Positions 11,092-22,857 of a DNA stretch of 41,561 bases are shown piece after piece (position 1 is the stretch's first letter; the number at the start of each line of letters is the position of its first letter). The stretch is from a bacterium (GTDB taxonomy: Bacteria > Patescibacteriota > Minisyncoccia > Minisyncoccales > PWPS01). The stretch is from assembly GCA_018400895.1 (NCBI GenBank), contig JAGYLR010000001.1, forward strand, positions 1 to 41,561, given 5' to 3'. The position numbers were made by a program, and so were the translations under genes. A model generated the notes under the pieces. The model worked only from the letters and a program-made list of their open reading frames with translations. It did not search any database and was not told the origin of the DNA.

Positions 11092-11211
11092 ATGAAAACA
11101 CTTGATGAATTAAAGAAAGAAGGTTGGGAGTTTATAGCCAACTTCTCTACCTGTTGGATACGGGTAAGGGAGAAGAAAGGATACTCTGGTGTCCAAGAAC
11201 TGAGAAATTAG
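11092..11211 (+). CDS. Small hypothetical protein (39 aa)
   Basis: Intact ATG..TAG ORF (MKTLDELKKEGWEFIANFSTCWIRV...). AGGAGG at 11082-11087 is the only clear Shine-Dalgarno-like site I saw in the window. Confidence 0.4.
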   Translation: MKTLDELKKEGWEFIANFSTCWIRVREKKGYSGVQELRN

Positions 11212-11649
11212 ATTAACCTATAAAAGCGGAGGTTGAAATGATATAACATAAGCTCGAAGTGTGGAAAGCTAATAGGTTGCCTGGATAAGTTTCAACAAGA
11301 AGTTTGTTATCTCTAGAGGGCTGTAAGTTTGAAGGAGTTTTAGAGAAGGATAAAGAAGAGTTTGCTCTTCCAATAATTTGCCCCTCAATGCCGAGTTCCA
11401 GATAATCAACTTGAAATACCTTTTCCAGATGAGCCTTAAAGTTTTACAAAGGAAAGCCTTACTTCGCTGACTTAAGTGTCAGAGAGAGCTTATTCTCAGA
11501 ACTCAGGCAGTCAAATCCACGGCTTGCTAGGAGGATTATGTTGATAATGGAGATAAGGTGGAAATTGGAAGGTTTCAAACAGGAAGTTGAGTATAAATAT
11601 TTATAGGCTAACGGGGAGGTTGCCTAGCAAATATCTCCCCACCTATCAT

Positions 11650-12713
11650 ATGGGGGAAAACATTTACATTTGCATAGTAATATCAATCGGTCTAGCTTGG
11701 ATTTTATTTCTATGTTATTTAATTAAACTTATCAATTGTATGGACTCTTTAAATTACTTCTGGAGTATTACTTGAAAACAAAAACAGATTGATACTAGGA
11801 GCTAACAGCCCCTTAGATTTAAAGTTGAGTGAGTAAAGATAAGAACTGGAAACCTTATAGCTCTAAGCACGAAATACAAGTCTATAATGGTTATAATGAC
11901 AGCTATGATACCTCCCTTTGCACTCACGCTTCAACTGATGTAATTGAACATAATGAATTGGGATTTAGAGAACGGAAAAGTTCCTTTATATATAAAAGAC
12001 TTCTTAAACAAAGAAGGCTACCTAGTAAACGGAAGATTAGAGATAAGCTTAAACGTTTAGGTGGAGCAAACAGCGATATGACCCTAGTGGGACTTATCTT
12101 TTATAAAGCCGCCGACGCTATCAGAAACTTAGGAATCGTGCCACAGAGCGTGCTTAGAGCTTGCTAAGAACTTGTAGACAACATTAACCCTTTACTTATC
12201 CCGGAAGATGTCTACGCCTTAGGTAGAGAGAGCAAGAAATACATAACAATAAACTGAATTGGGTAGACAAAAGCCAAGTAAGTGAAGCCTTAAAAGACAG
12301 TCCTTTAATGGCAACGGTTAAATACGCTAGTGGAAACGGAATACTTAAACCTTCAGGGAATCATAATCACGCTATAATGGTGGTTAAAGAAGATTACCAC
12401 AAAATAGATGACAGCTACTTGGGAGCAGTATAAAAAATACGACAAAGACTTCGTGGCTAATTCCCCTTCAATTTCAATAACTTATAATGATAACAATATG
12501 AATACAGATGAATTTATTAAAAACAATGATAAGCGTAATATCCGCAACACTAATACTGGTGAAGAAGCCAGTAATCTATGCTGGTAATTTCCTTAAAGAT
12601 AACAGCCGAGAGTTGACTATTTACCCTTGACCGCTTAACCAGAGATACAAACGACTACCAAGTAAGCATAACCCAATGATGAGTGGAAGCAATTAGACAA
12701 AGATAATTTATAG
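11650..12713 (+). CDS. Papain-like cysteine peptidase, possibly with an N-terminal membrane anchor; frame-disrupted
   Basis: MGENIYICIVISIGLAWILFLCYLI (TM, within ORF track 11587..11775). Then NKNRLILGANSPLDLKLSE, KDKNWKPYSSKHEIQVYNGY..SLCTHAS..VIE (ORF track 11829..12167), VDKSQVSEALKDSPLMATVKYASGNGILKPSGNHNHAIMVVKEDYHKIDDSY (His and Asn/Asp-type catalytic context) and ...DEWKQLDKDNL* (stop 12711-12713). Linking the TM segment to the peptidase is inference. Confidence 0.45.
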
Positions 12714-12731
12714 TACTTTTAATATAAATAT

Positions 12732-13454
12732 ATGGAAGATCTATTACTATATAGTGATGTTGCTCAACAGATCCAAGATCGATGGGCAATCGCTATCCAG
12801 ATAATAATAAAATACTAAGAGCAGTAAACACCTGAGCTTAAAACTTAAGAAGTAAGTATAACATATTTACCTCAAGAAAGACTGCTGTTATCTCAGTTAT
12901 TACTGATGGGACCACCGCTCACCATTGAGTTCAGTTTTAGCTGATGATGATGTAGAGGCCATTGTGATGTCAGACCTAGCTCTAACGTTGGGTATAGATT
13001 TACTTGAGGTAAGCTGAAGTAGAGTTTCAGAAAGACCTAGACTTAGCGAGAGTGGCTAATCAATACACAACTTATTGCGGATGAGGAGACGCTAAGATAA
13101 AGATTATGGTTGAGGATAGCTCTTCAACCGCTGTCGATAGCCACCCCGGTATATCTAACAAGAGCTTTAGGAGAAGAGTCAGATATGGCACAAATTGCTG
13201 AAATGACAGGAGCAAGCGGAGAGTTAATTTACCTCCCTTATAAGTATGTGGGACTTAGTGGCACTAGGCTCAATGAAAAGACCAGGTATCAGGCAACGGG
13301 TGATAGTGCTACCGCACTAGCAATAACTAGAAATAGATATAAATCAGAATTAGATAAACTAGGTCTATCAGATCACGCTGATATGATAAAAGAAAAACAT
13401 CCAAATTCAAATTTAAGTAGGGTGGTAGGTATAGACTTTGTCTGCTTGCCATAA
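12732..13454 (+). CDS. Virion/tail-module protein, frame-disrupted in its 5' half
   Basis: ATG at 12732 (AAATATATG), MEDLLLYSDVAQQIQDRWAIAIQ. The 3' part equals ORF track 13110..13454. Function not recognised. Confidence 0.4.
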
Positions 13455-13466
13455 CAAACACTATAT

Positions 13467-14430
13467 ATGGCTAACCATGGGAATATCTACCAAGCATTTT
13501 ATGGACTAGAAACAATCAAACCAATAGAAAATATCCTGATGTTAGTGCTTCAGAGTAGTGAGAACATTGGAGAGGAGGAAGAGGGTTTAATACAGTCTTC
13601 AGCTGGTTATAGAGTACTGGCCGATAGAGATATCTGGCGGTGGTGAAGGCGTATTGAGAATGTTTGTTTATAGAAAAGCCTTAGGCAATTTACAAAAACA
13701 TTATATTAAAAATACAGACGACGGTAGCGACTCAGCTGTCTATTGGCTAAACACTTCAAACGATGAAACCACTGATGGCGTGGGAGCTTTTGATAGGCAG
13801 TCTTACGCAAGGGGTTGTGATATTTGCTTCAGTCAATGGTGATGAGAATGAATATCAAAACAGACTAATACGTGTAATGGTGAAGATGAGTTTACTGTCT
13901 GGAATGATATTACTGGCACAGTCGCCAGCGTAACTAGCAATACTATCGTTATCAATGAAACTATATTATCAGAAGGCTTTGACACTGACTCAGGAAGCAT
14001 AATGGTAGATGGCACAGAGTATGCCTACACTGGCACATCTGCCAGCACTTTTATTGCTGTTCACTCCTGACCCAACAGTTCAAAACCCATCAGCGGGCAG
14101 TGGAGTGGCTCAGGTACTGTGATGACACTATTGGGCTGAGACTAGCTACGTAGCTGATACTATATCTTTGATGGCACCAATGGTTATATAGGAGGACAGT
14201 GCTAATGGTCTGGAGCTTTGGGAACACCAGAAACTGTCAGAGTAGTAGGAGCTGATGAGTTTGAGAATAGTTATATCTTTAAAGTAGATACCATCACAGC
14301 AGGCAGAATTACCCTTGACACATCAGGAGCATCTGTTGTAGATGAAACAGCTGAGAGAGTATCACCATATTTACTCGGCAACCCTAAGGGTAATATATTG
14401 CTAGTTGATCAAAGGAAATTATTTAACTAA
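13467..14430 (+). CDS. Tail-module protein, frame-disrupted
   Basis: ATG at 13467. MANHGNIYQAFYGLETIKPIEN, ORF track 13654..13842, DGTEYAYTGTSASTFI..TPDPTVQNPSAGSGVAQ, and ORF track 14218..14430 as the C-terminus. Confidence 0.4.
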
Positions 14431-15534
14431 TGTAAAGACAATAAACTTTTTTTTACCGTAGTGGCGATGTTACTACATTCTTCCCTACTAGCAGTGGACT
14501 AGGTAGTGCAGGATTTTTAACTTTATTAGAATCATGGGGATATCACTCTGTTTGAACCAACTAGCAGAGCTTCTCGATAGTATATTAATACACAAAGAAA
14601 TGGTGTGTCAGCTACAGCAGCTACTGGTGATGGCACTAATACTATAGAAAGCTTTTGAGAGTTTGTCTGATGCTGAAGGTAGTGGGGCTACTAACCTTAA
14701 AGCTAGTAGTAGATATAATCAGGTTAATATTTTTATAACTAATGTCAACGGGTTTAACAGTGCTTCTAAGGCTTTAAATGATAGTAGTTTAACATTGACA
14801 GTTTTAGTGAAAAGATACTACCGACCATAAAGAGCTTTGATTTTAACGAAGGTAGTGTTATGTATTATCCAGACAAGCGATGCCTATATGTAGCAGGCAA
14901 AGATACTGATGCTAACAATAAGCAAATGGCTTTCTATTTAAGGAAAGATCTAAGTAATCGTTGGTGACTGACATAAGTATTGACAGTTTTAACACATCTG
15001 ACTATGCAGTTTTAGATAATACCTGTGATGCTGGCAGCAGTTTGAATCAAAATGTTTATAAAATGTTTGACACTCAAAAGCAAAAATGGCAGCGCTATTA
15101 AGCATAAATGGACAAGCAAAGAGTTTACTTAAAAGCACCAGCCAATATGAAAGAGCTGACACTATATTTATTGAAGGCTTTTTAGGCGAGAGAACTAAGA
15201 TAAAGATAACTATTTTATATGGTCCCTACGGTATGCAAGGAAAGAAAAGAAAAGATTTCTACAATATTTTGGGTGCATGAGAGAACAAGATGAGTGCTTT
15301 AGGGACAGATAGTAGGCACACTACCGCTTGGCTCAAGAGCAGAGGATATATTAGATAGCTATTTCTTTAGTGTAATGATAGCCTTGATGAGATAAGGACT
15401 AATAGATTTAAAATAAAATAGAAACAGAATATGACAATGATACTATAGCTGATACATATTGGGCAATAACTAACATTGGCTTTAAGACTGATGGCGGTAG
15501 TGACACTGTTAGAATTTTAAATATTAACGAATAA
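14430..15534 (+). CDS. Tail-module protein, frame-disrupted
   Basis: ATG at 14430 overlaps the previous stop. Fragments are SGDVTTFFPTSSGLGSAGFLTLLESWG, NGVSATAATGDGTNTIESF, FDFNEGSVMYYPDKRCLYVAGKDTDANNKQMAFYLRKDLSNRW, SIDSFNTSDYAVLDNTCDAGSSLNQNVYKMFDTQK and ITNIGFKTDGGSDTVRILNINE, with a tandem stop TAATAA at 15532-15537. Confidence 0.4.
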
Positions 15535-15538
15535 TAAT

Positions 15539-17000
15539 ATGGCGACATTTATAGACCATCCTCAATAAAAATTATGATAAGACAATTTTATCAGAGGGTA
15601 GTGCCAGAACAGGCAATAACTTTAGACATCGATCCTATCATAACCAAAGATGGACATCGTAACGATGACCGACATTGGTGATATATGCTTTGGTAAGATA
15701 GACGAAGGTATTGGACAGCGAAGAAATAATAAGCTGGACAGGATGGACCGATAATACTACATATTACACCTGACTGGCGTAATATGGGGGTATAATTTCT
15801 AAGGATACAACAGGTGATGTGGATGCTAACAAAAAAAAGGCACGACAAAGGGCAGAGTTTATCATCACTAACGATGACCATTTTCTAGCTACACAGTATC
15901 CTAACAAGGGATAATGATACGACCATAGCAGGTAAATGGACTCTCCTGCAGGTGGAAATGCTGATGTCTCTGGGTCAGGAACGAGTTATAGTGTTCACTG
16001 ATGACCTAGAGTATGCTTCTAAGAAATATACATTGATGATGTAGCCATAGCAGGCTCTCCAAAGGCTACTGACAGCGTTTATGGTATTGCTAAATTAAGA
16101 CAGCAGCTGCTAGTGCAACTGAACCGATTGTAGTAGGAGACAATGATGGTAGAATGTACTCAACAAACTGATGAAAAATAGCAATAGCTGGTATGGAATT
16201 GTATGGGTTGGTTCTGGCACAAATTATATGACGAGGCTAGTGCACCGACCCCGACAACCTCCCCAGCAGACCTAACTGATGATGCTTATAAATTATGAGG
16301 TTGGATGATGAGGGTAAACTACCTATTCCTAGTTTAAGTGATGTAATAATAAGTAGCTCACAAACCTGACAGTGCCAGATAATCTTAAAAAAAAGCTAAA
16401 ATTAAGGTTATTGGTGGTGGAGGAGGAGGAGGTGGAGTTGGGGGAAATAGTGATAGAGAATGTCTGGGTGGTGCTGGTGGAGGAGGGGGATATGCTGAAA
16501 AACATTAGATGTTTCTAATATTTCTACCCTAGATATTACTGTTGGTTCTGGTGGTGCTGGTGGTGCAAACTCAACTAATAGCGGAGATGTTGGAGGAGAT
16601 ACTATTGTAAGTGATGGAGGAGCAACAATTTATTGTAAAGCAACTAGGAGTGGAGGTGGTGTTTCTATTGGAACTAGCTAATTTAGCACAATCAGAGGCA
16701 AATGGTGGAGTTGGTGATACGGGTGATATTTTAATTAATGGTGAAGGAGGACATCCTAGTTTAGGAATAGCCACTTCAGGTTATGACCAGCATTTTATTA
16801 TTGGAGGTGGTGGCTCTACTGTTTTAGGAACTGGAGCAAAAGGGAGTTCTCGTTTTGGGGATAATCATCAAGAGGGTCAAATGGACACAACTATGGTGGT
16901 GGAGGTATTGGTGCTGTCAGTCAAGACTTTTCCTCTGATAGGGCTGGAGGAGATGGAGGCGATGGTACTTTCAATTATAGTTCCTCTAATACAATAACAT
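15539..17000 (+). CDS. Tail fibre with glycine-rich C-terminal domain, frame-disrupted
   Basis: ATG at 15539. DVAIAGSPKATDSVYGIAKLRQ..ASATEPIVVGDNDGRM (a fibre N-terminal-type motif), then KVIGGGGGGGGGVGGNSD..LGGAGGGGGYAEK, LDVSNISTLDITVGSGGAGGANSTNSGDVGGDTIVSDGGATIY, NGGVGDTGDILINGEGGHPSLGIA...GGGGSTVLGTGAKGS (ORF track 16611..16997) and GHNYGGGGIGAV...AGGDGGDG. Confidence 0.55.
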
Positions 17001-17062
17001 AACAATAACATAACATAACAAAAATGAATTATCTAAAAGAATTATTTAAATAACATAAAATA

Positions 17063-18685
17063 TGCAAGAAGAAACAAAGAAAGAATTAAACACTCTAGAA
17101 GAAGATAAGTTTAAAGTTACTCCCTTAATTTTACTACAACTAAATTAAGAAAACAAATTAAAGACACAAAAAGTTCTTTAATGATATTAAATACTAAACT
17201 TATGGCAGAAACAAACTTTAGGGACTACTAATTTAACAAGCCCCACTGACGGGCAAACTATTACTGTCAGTAAGACTAGTCCTTTATATAAGAAATACAC
17301 TGGCTTAGGTTGGGCTCAGGCCCTGCTGCTCCAACTACTCCCTCCAACAACAGGAGTGGGTGGGGAAGACGAGTTTAACTTAGATAACTTAACAGAAGGC
17401 TTAGTATCTTCCTATGGATATGCCTGATAAGGCAGTCTAGTAGGTTTGAAGTGGCAAAAGGAATGCTAGAAGAGCAAGCAGCGGCTACCTTGATCCACAA
17501 ATTTTAAGGCAGAAAGGAACAGGCAGATCGCAGGTATCTAGTGCCGGGATATTTCAGGGCAACGTTCAGGACAGAACTTATCTAGTGCTGAGTTAGCTTC
17601 TTTACATCGGTAATGTACAGGCAGAAGGAGGATAGGGTGAAGGCTATTGAAAGGCAAAAACAGGCTTATATTAGCGAAGGTTTAGCTTGATTTAGTTGAG
17701 AGCTTAACTGAACAGCAGATTCAAATGTATAACTTTGGGTGAACAATTTAGTAATGCAAAAGCTTGAAGGTCTAGCTCCTTACAGCTTAGAGGGCAAGGA
17801 GCAATCAGAGAAACAGTTTGAACAGACTTTGATTAAGCGAGAAGCAGTTTACTGAAAAACCAAAAACAATTCCAAGACAATTTAGCTATAAGTATGGCTA
17901 ATTTAACAGGAGAATTTGAAGGCTCACCCACTTTCACAAGCTAAGCAAGCTGAAATATCTAATGCCTTACAAGAAGCTGGCATCACTGGGCATTATAACG
18001 GAGAGAAGACTCTACAAGCCACCCATACAAAGATGCTCAGTTAAAATTACAAGAACGAGGCATTGACATTGATGAAGCTAGATTAGAAGAAACTATCAGA
18101 GCCAACAAGCAGGCAGGAGAATTTTGGCTAGAGCTGGGGCTGGCTCAGGCTGGAGCTGAATCAACACAGGGTGGCGAACTAGGACTTAACAGATTTAACA
18201 TTCAATGAAGCTAAAAATAAAGTAGCACAATATGCTGCTGACTTAGGTATCAACTTGACCAAAGTATTTGGAGCCATTTACTGGTAAATTAGCTGACAAA
18301 TATCTTATACAAGGTGATGTATAACCTAGCCCAGAAGATTTTGAAGCATTTAATGCTAATATGGAAGACTTAACACGTTCTAAGAGAACTGATGCAGAAG
18401 CTAAGCAGAATCATTATTTGGTGGCGATGGTGGCACTCCAGAGGCTGGAGAAGAAGATACTAATGCTAATCCAAATATGAATATGTCAGAATGGGCATCT
18501 TTAAATGAAGAGGGGCGAGAGGCAATGAGAGAACAGCTCGCCAAGATTTCTTAGTGGTGGTGGAAAGGTGAATTCAACCTAGAGATTGGCTGAAAGATAA
18601 CATTAAGGGGCAAAGAGAAACTAGAGGAGAAAGAGCAGTTTACGATGATGAAGGTAATTTCCTTTTATTATGGTGTTTAATATAA
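17063..18685 (+). CDS. Large Q/A/E-rich coiled-coil virion protein (internal or tape-measure-like candidate), frame-disrupted
   Basis: ATG at 17063. MQEETKKELNTLEEDKFKVT, SPTDGQTITVSKTSPLYKKYTGLGW, MANLTGEFEGSPTFT, QEAGITGHYNGEKTLQ, LQERGIDIDEARLEETIRANKQAG, PEDFEAFNANMEDLTRSKRTDAEAKQ. A tandem stop lies at ~18683-18688. Confidence 0.35.
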
Positions 18686-18697
18686 TAACTAACCTTT

Positions 18698-21600
18698 ATG
18701 TTACAATTAAGAGAACCAAGTAAAAATAATGTAAATATTATGATGAAAATGGATAAATATTTACCATTACTTCAACGTAGTCAATATAAAAATATCAAGA
18801 AACTAAAGAAGACAAGGATAAACCTACTTTCTTTCAAAAGGTTATATATCAGTATTATCTACAGGAGAGACATGGTGCTGCCAGCTATGATTTACTAGAA
18901 GGTAAAACTAGAAGTTAATACGGTAAAGGATATTGTGGATGGTTTGTTCACATGGCTATGACAAAAGAACCCATAAAGATGTGTTAGAAAAATTAGGAAT
19001 GGAAAGAAAGGCTTTATCAGATTTTAATGCCTTGGTTATATAATGAAAGTGGTAAAGGCTGGAAATTTAAAGAAGGTGGTTTTGTTGACCCTACTAGCAC
19101 TGGGACACTTGGTCTAGCTATGGATATATTAGGGGATCCTAATACCATTTATAGTGGTGGTGCTGGACTATTTAGAAGAGGCATCACTTCAATGAAAGGC
19201 TTGACTAAATCAGGAAAAAAGATTGCTACTGAAACAGCTGAAAGATACGAGAAAAGATTAGCTGCTGAAATTCTACAGGGTAATATTAGAGAAGGTCTGG
19301 TAGAGGCTGCTAAAATATTAGAAGAAGTACTGGAAAGAGTTGCTTAAGAAATTAAAATCAAATCCTGATAAATTTTTTAAAGGTATTACTTTGAGTGGGT
19401 CAAGAAATTGTATTTAGAAAGCAGCCTTAGGTCCTGAAGATACACTGATTATTTTATGCAACATATTCCTATAGCTAATAAAGTTTATGGGGGCTAAAGA
19501 AGGAGTCCATGTGTATTTAAATATGGTGCCGATGTATTAAGAGAAGGTAAGAAAATGGGAGATATGGGCACAGAAACAGTTGAGACTTATCTAGGTATGA
19601 AAAAGGATGTTTTAAGAGAAGCCTGACAAATTATAAACTGTTTAAATCTTTAGCTGATAATAGGAAAAGACTTCCATAATGCTGTTAGTAAGAAAGATAG
19701 AGACTTAGCTTATAATTATATAAACAGAACAGATAGAAACATCTTATTCTGCTTTTGGTATTAAAATTTAGATAAATCAACACTTGATAATCTAGTTGAG
19801 ACTTTGAAAAATATCAAAAGATATATATAAAATGTCTGATGAAGCCAGGGAAAGCTTTAGATGCAGATATGTATGAAGTTATTATCAGGTTATATGCCTC
19901 ACATACTAACCAAGGAAGCAGGGAAAGCTATGTCTAAAAAGAACGTGGCTAAGTATATGAAAATAACACAGCTTTTATAAAGAGTCTGAATATAAAGATA
20001 GAGTATTATATAAGTTGTTGATGAAGCAGGTGAAGCTAAACCACAATTTGGTAAAGCTGATAAATTAAATTTTAAAACCTTATAATAAAAAAAGCTGAAG
20101 AAAGATTCTTAAATAAACAAGCTGATAGGATTAATTAATAAAGACAGAAAGCTATTAGTAAACTAGCTAATCAGGTTAATAATTTAAAAAAAAGAACAAG
20201 TAAGAAAGCATTCTTAAAGACTGGTAAAATATACCAGACAATAAAGGTTGCTAACCTGTATTGACCCTAAAGGTAGAAAGATAAGTCATAGATACCAAGT
20301 GATAAAACAGCCAATGGTTTGGTTAATACTTCAGAGAAGGCTTTACTAAAAGATAAGTATACACTTAAACAACTGAAACAACTAATAAAGAAACTAGGGA
20401 ATTTGTAGAAGCTTTTAATCAACGCACCTAAGAAAGAGAGGTTGAGAGACCAGATAATTTAATAAATAAAATAGAAGGTGTAGAAAAGTGTCTAAACTAG
20501 ACAAGAAATTAATACTATTAAAAGAATTACAGGGTAAGATGGATGACTTACCTGAAGCTAACAGATATTTAAAGATTCTAGTGGTAAAGTTTGGAAAGCA
20601 GAGAGACCACGAGTATCAAAGAAAAGTGTACGATATGCTTAAAGAGTTTATGGAGAAAGTTGCTATAGTGGAAAGAATTTTTTTGAAACTGATCCTTTGT
20701 TTAACGTTAGCTAGAGGACAAAAAGCTAATAAAGAAATATCACAAAAATAACTACTTAAAAACTTAGCAGATAAGTTTGGTGTAAGGTAAAGCTAAAAAC
20801 TGTATTCAAGATAAGGAACACAGTAGAAAAGGTGTTGGTTATTACTGAATATCAACCAGTAATTAAAGATGGAGTAGAGTATATTGATCCTGAAATAAAG
20901 GCATTACCAGAAGGTATATTATTACCTAAGCCTATGGTAGCTGACTTAAAGAAAACTAGTGGAAGTTTTAATGATGGATGACATACAAAACAAACTATTA
21001 AAGATATATGAATCACTACAATATGTGGAAGTCATCTGTTTATGGTTGGTGGCCAGCATCTCACGGTAGGAACTATTTAGGTGGTGGTTTTATGAACTTT
21101 TTAGCTAATCCTAATGGGTTAAGTATTCAGTAAATGCTGTAAGAGAGACATTAAAAGGTACAGATGAGGTTAAATCTATGATAAAAGTTTATATAAAACT
21201 ATACTACAAACAATGGAAGGAAGAAATAGGTAAAGGTGGTATGTTAGAACAATGGTGCTTTAGATATTAACGATATAGTTAGACAACTTAAACCAAGTGT
21301 TGCTAAAAAGGTTAAAGACTTTACCTATGAAAGCAGGTTCTACTGTTGAAGCTAATCTACGTTTACCATTGTTTTTTGTTGAGATAGCTGATGGTAAAAC
21401 CATTAAAGAAGCTATGAATACTACTTTATAGATACCACTTACTATGCTCCATTTGCTGCTACTGACATGGAAAGAAGTGTTCTTAAAAGAATTATAAATT
21501 TATTTATACTTGGCAAAGACATGCTATACCTTGATGATTTTGGAAGAATTAATTGAAAACCTGGTAAAATGACTGGATTCTTTAAAGCTATTAGAGAAGC

Positions 21601-22242
21601 TAATGGTGAAGATGGTATTACACAGAGAGATTTATTACCTTCATATTTAGAAGAAGATAAGCGTTATTTATAAAAATGGTGAAACTTATCAGGTTTAGGT
21701 ATGCCACCCATTGAAGCTTATGAAATTTTTAACTGATCCTACTAGGACATTCTTAAGTGGTCTAACACCTGCCATTAAAATACCTATGGAGGTTAGAACT
21801 AACTTTAACACTTTTAAAGATAAACAAATAACTGAAGATAAAAGTGTGAGTTTAAGGTAGAAAATGCCTGAAGATATTAAAGAGTGGTTAGAGTGGGGAA
21901 GAAAGAACTTTGAAAAATGATAAAGGTGAAGAAATTAAATATTCAGTAGTTAACCCTATGAGAAAGTATTGGTTATATGCACTACCTACTGGTAGATTAA
22001 GTTCAGTATTTTCTCAAATAACAGGAGAAAGAGAACAAGCTAAGGTGATTTTTAACGAATAAAGTCAAAACAAAAGCTGACCTAGATCAGCTAAAGAAAG
22101 AAAAGAACAAGAATACACTGAGTCTTTATTAAAGATAATGTTAGACGTTGGAGTGGTGACTACAGGGAGAGCAACACCAACAAGCTATTCTAAAGAAGAA
22201 TTAGAAGGTAGTGGCTCTGGTGGAGGGAGGTTTACAACTTAG
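18698..22242 (+). CDS. Very large virion protein (~1,180 codons; ejection/tape-measure-like candidate), frame-disrupted
   Basis: ATG at 18698. The longest open pieces are ORF track 19027..19347 (..GGFVDPTSTGTLGLAMDILGDPNTIYSGGAGLFRRG..) and 20488..20751. Protein-like fragments run in shifting frames through to ...SYSKEELEGSGSGGG. The 3' end is uncertain (22242-22310). It is the last plus-strand gene before the strand switch. Confidence 0.35.
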
Positions 22243-22307
22243 GAACTAATAACTATAAGGTGAATGACCATACTCATCTCCTATCACTGGATCATACTTA
22301 GTTTCTT

Positions 22308-22406
22308 CTAATTATGCTCATAAGGGAGCATAAGCAGTACTAATAACAACCAGATAAACAATCCTATTATTAGTGCTACAATAGCGTATTCTCCTTTATT
22401 ATTCAT
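22308..22406 (-). CDS. Small membrane protein (32 aa)
   Basis: Intact ATG..TAG ORF: MNNKGEYAIVALIIGLFIWLLLVLLMLPYEHN, with one clear TM helix and an AAAATAATATG start context. Confidence 0.4.
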   Translation of the reverse strand: MNNKGEYAIVALIIGLFIWLLLVLLMLPYEHN

Positions 22407-22421
22407 ATTATTTTAATTCCC

Positions 22422-22457
22422 GACGAAGGCAGCTATTCTAATTAGCTGTCTTTTCGT
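22422..22457. terminator. Hairpin at the convergence point of the plus- and minus-strand gene blocks
   Basis: GACGAAGGCAGCT (22422-22434) pairs with AGCTGTCTTTTCGT (22444-22457) over ~13 bp including G-U pairs and one bulge, with a 9-nt loop. TTT follows on the plus strand. Confidence 0.45.
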
Positions 22458-22800
22458 TTAGGGTTTTATTATTATTTCGTGCTTGGAGTAAGTCATTAAT
22501 ATCTATACAGTAAAAGGTTTTATTACCAGGTCTTACCCATTGTATAAACACATAACCTCCACCTGATACACAGCTTGCATCGTGTGCTAGTCCCTGTTCT
22601 TAGGGCGTCTGAGGGGTCTGTAATACACTACCATACTTAGCTCGTAAGAGCAGACGTTCTTCTTTCTCGCTTAACTCTTTAAAGGAAAGTTTTTACTACC
22701 AGGTCTGACAACTTTAGTTTCAACAAGAAACTCTTAGGTGTTCTTATAGGTAGGTTATATTTTAAGTAGCGCATTAGTTGTGAATGGAATTTGTTCCCAT
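22438..22800 (-). CDS. Hypothetical protein, frame-disrupted
   Basis: ATG at 22800 (minus). Fragments are FLVETKVVRPGSKN, EKEERLLLRAKYGSVLQTPQTP and GGGYVFIQWVRPGNKTFYCIDINDLLQARNNNKTLNEKTAN*. A nuclease-like (VRR-NUC) guess could not be supported. Confidence 0.3.
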
Positions 22801-22857
22801 TTAACCATCTTCTTTGTTGTTCTATTATTGGGCATAAATAGATATTTGAAAATCTTC

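Noticed and set aside
16985-17025. ACATAACA-type micro-repeat after the fibre gene (ATAACATAACAATAACATAACATAACA)
   Set aside because: It is a short low-complexity intergenic sequence between a stop and the next start. It has no pairing partner or recurrence elsewhere that would suggest function.
3493-22300. Stop-codon reassignment (TAG, TGA or TAA read as sense, as in some recoded phages) as the reason the late genes look broken
   Set aside because: All three stop codons interrupt the genes, and the protein-like signal demonstrably moves between reading frames (capsid, fibre, methylases). Translating any single stop as sense does not restore long ORFs. The terL, portal, scaffold and replication genes contain no in-frame stops at all.
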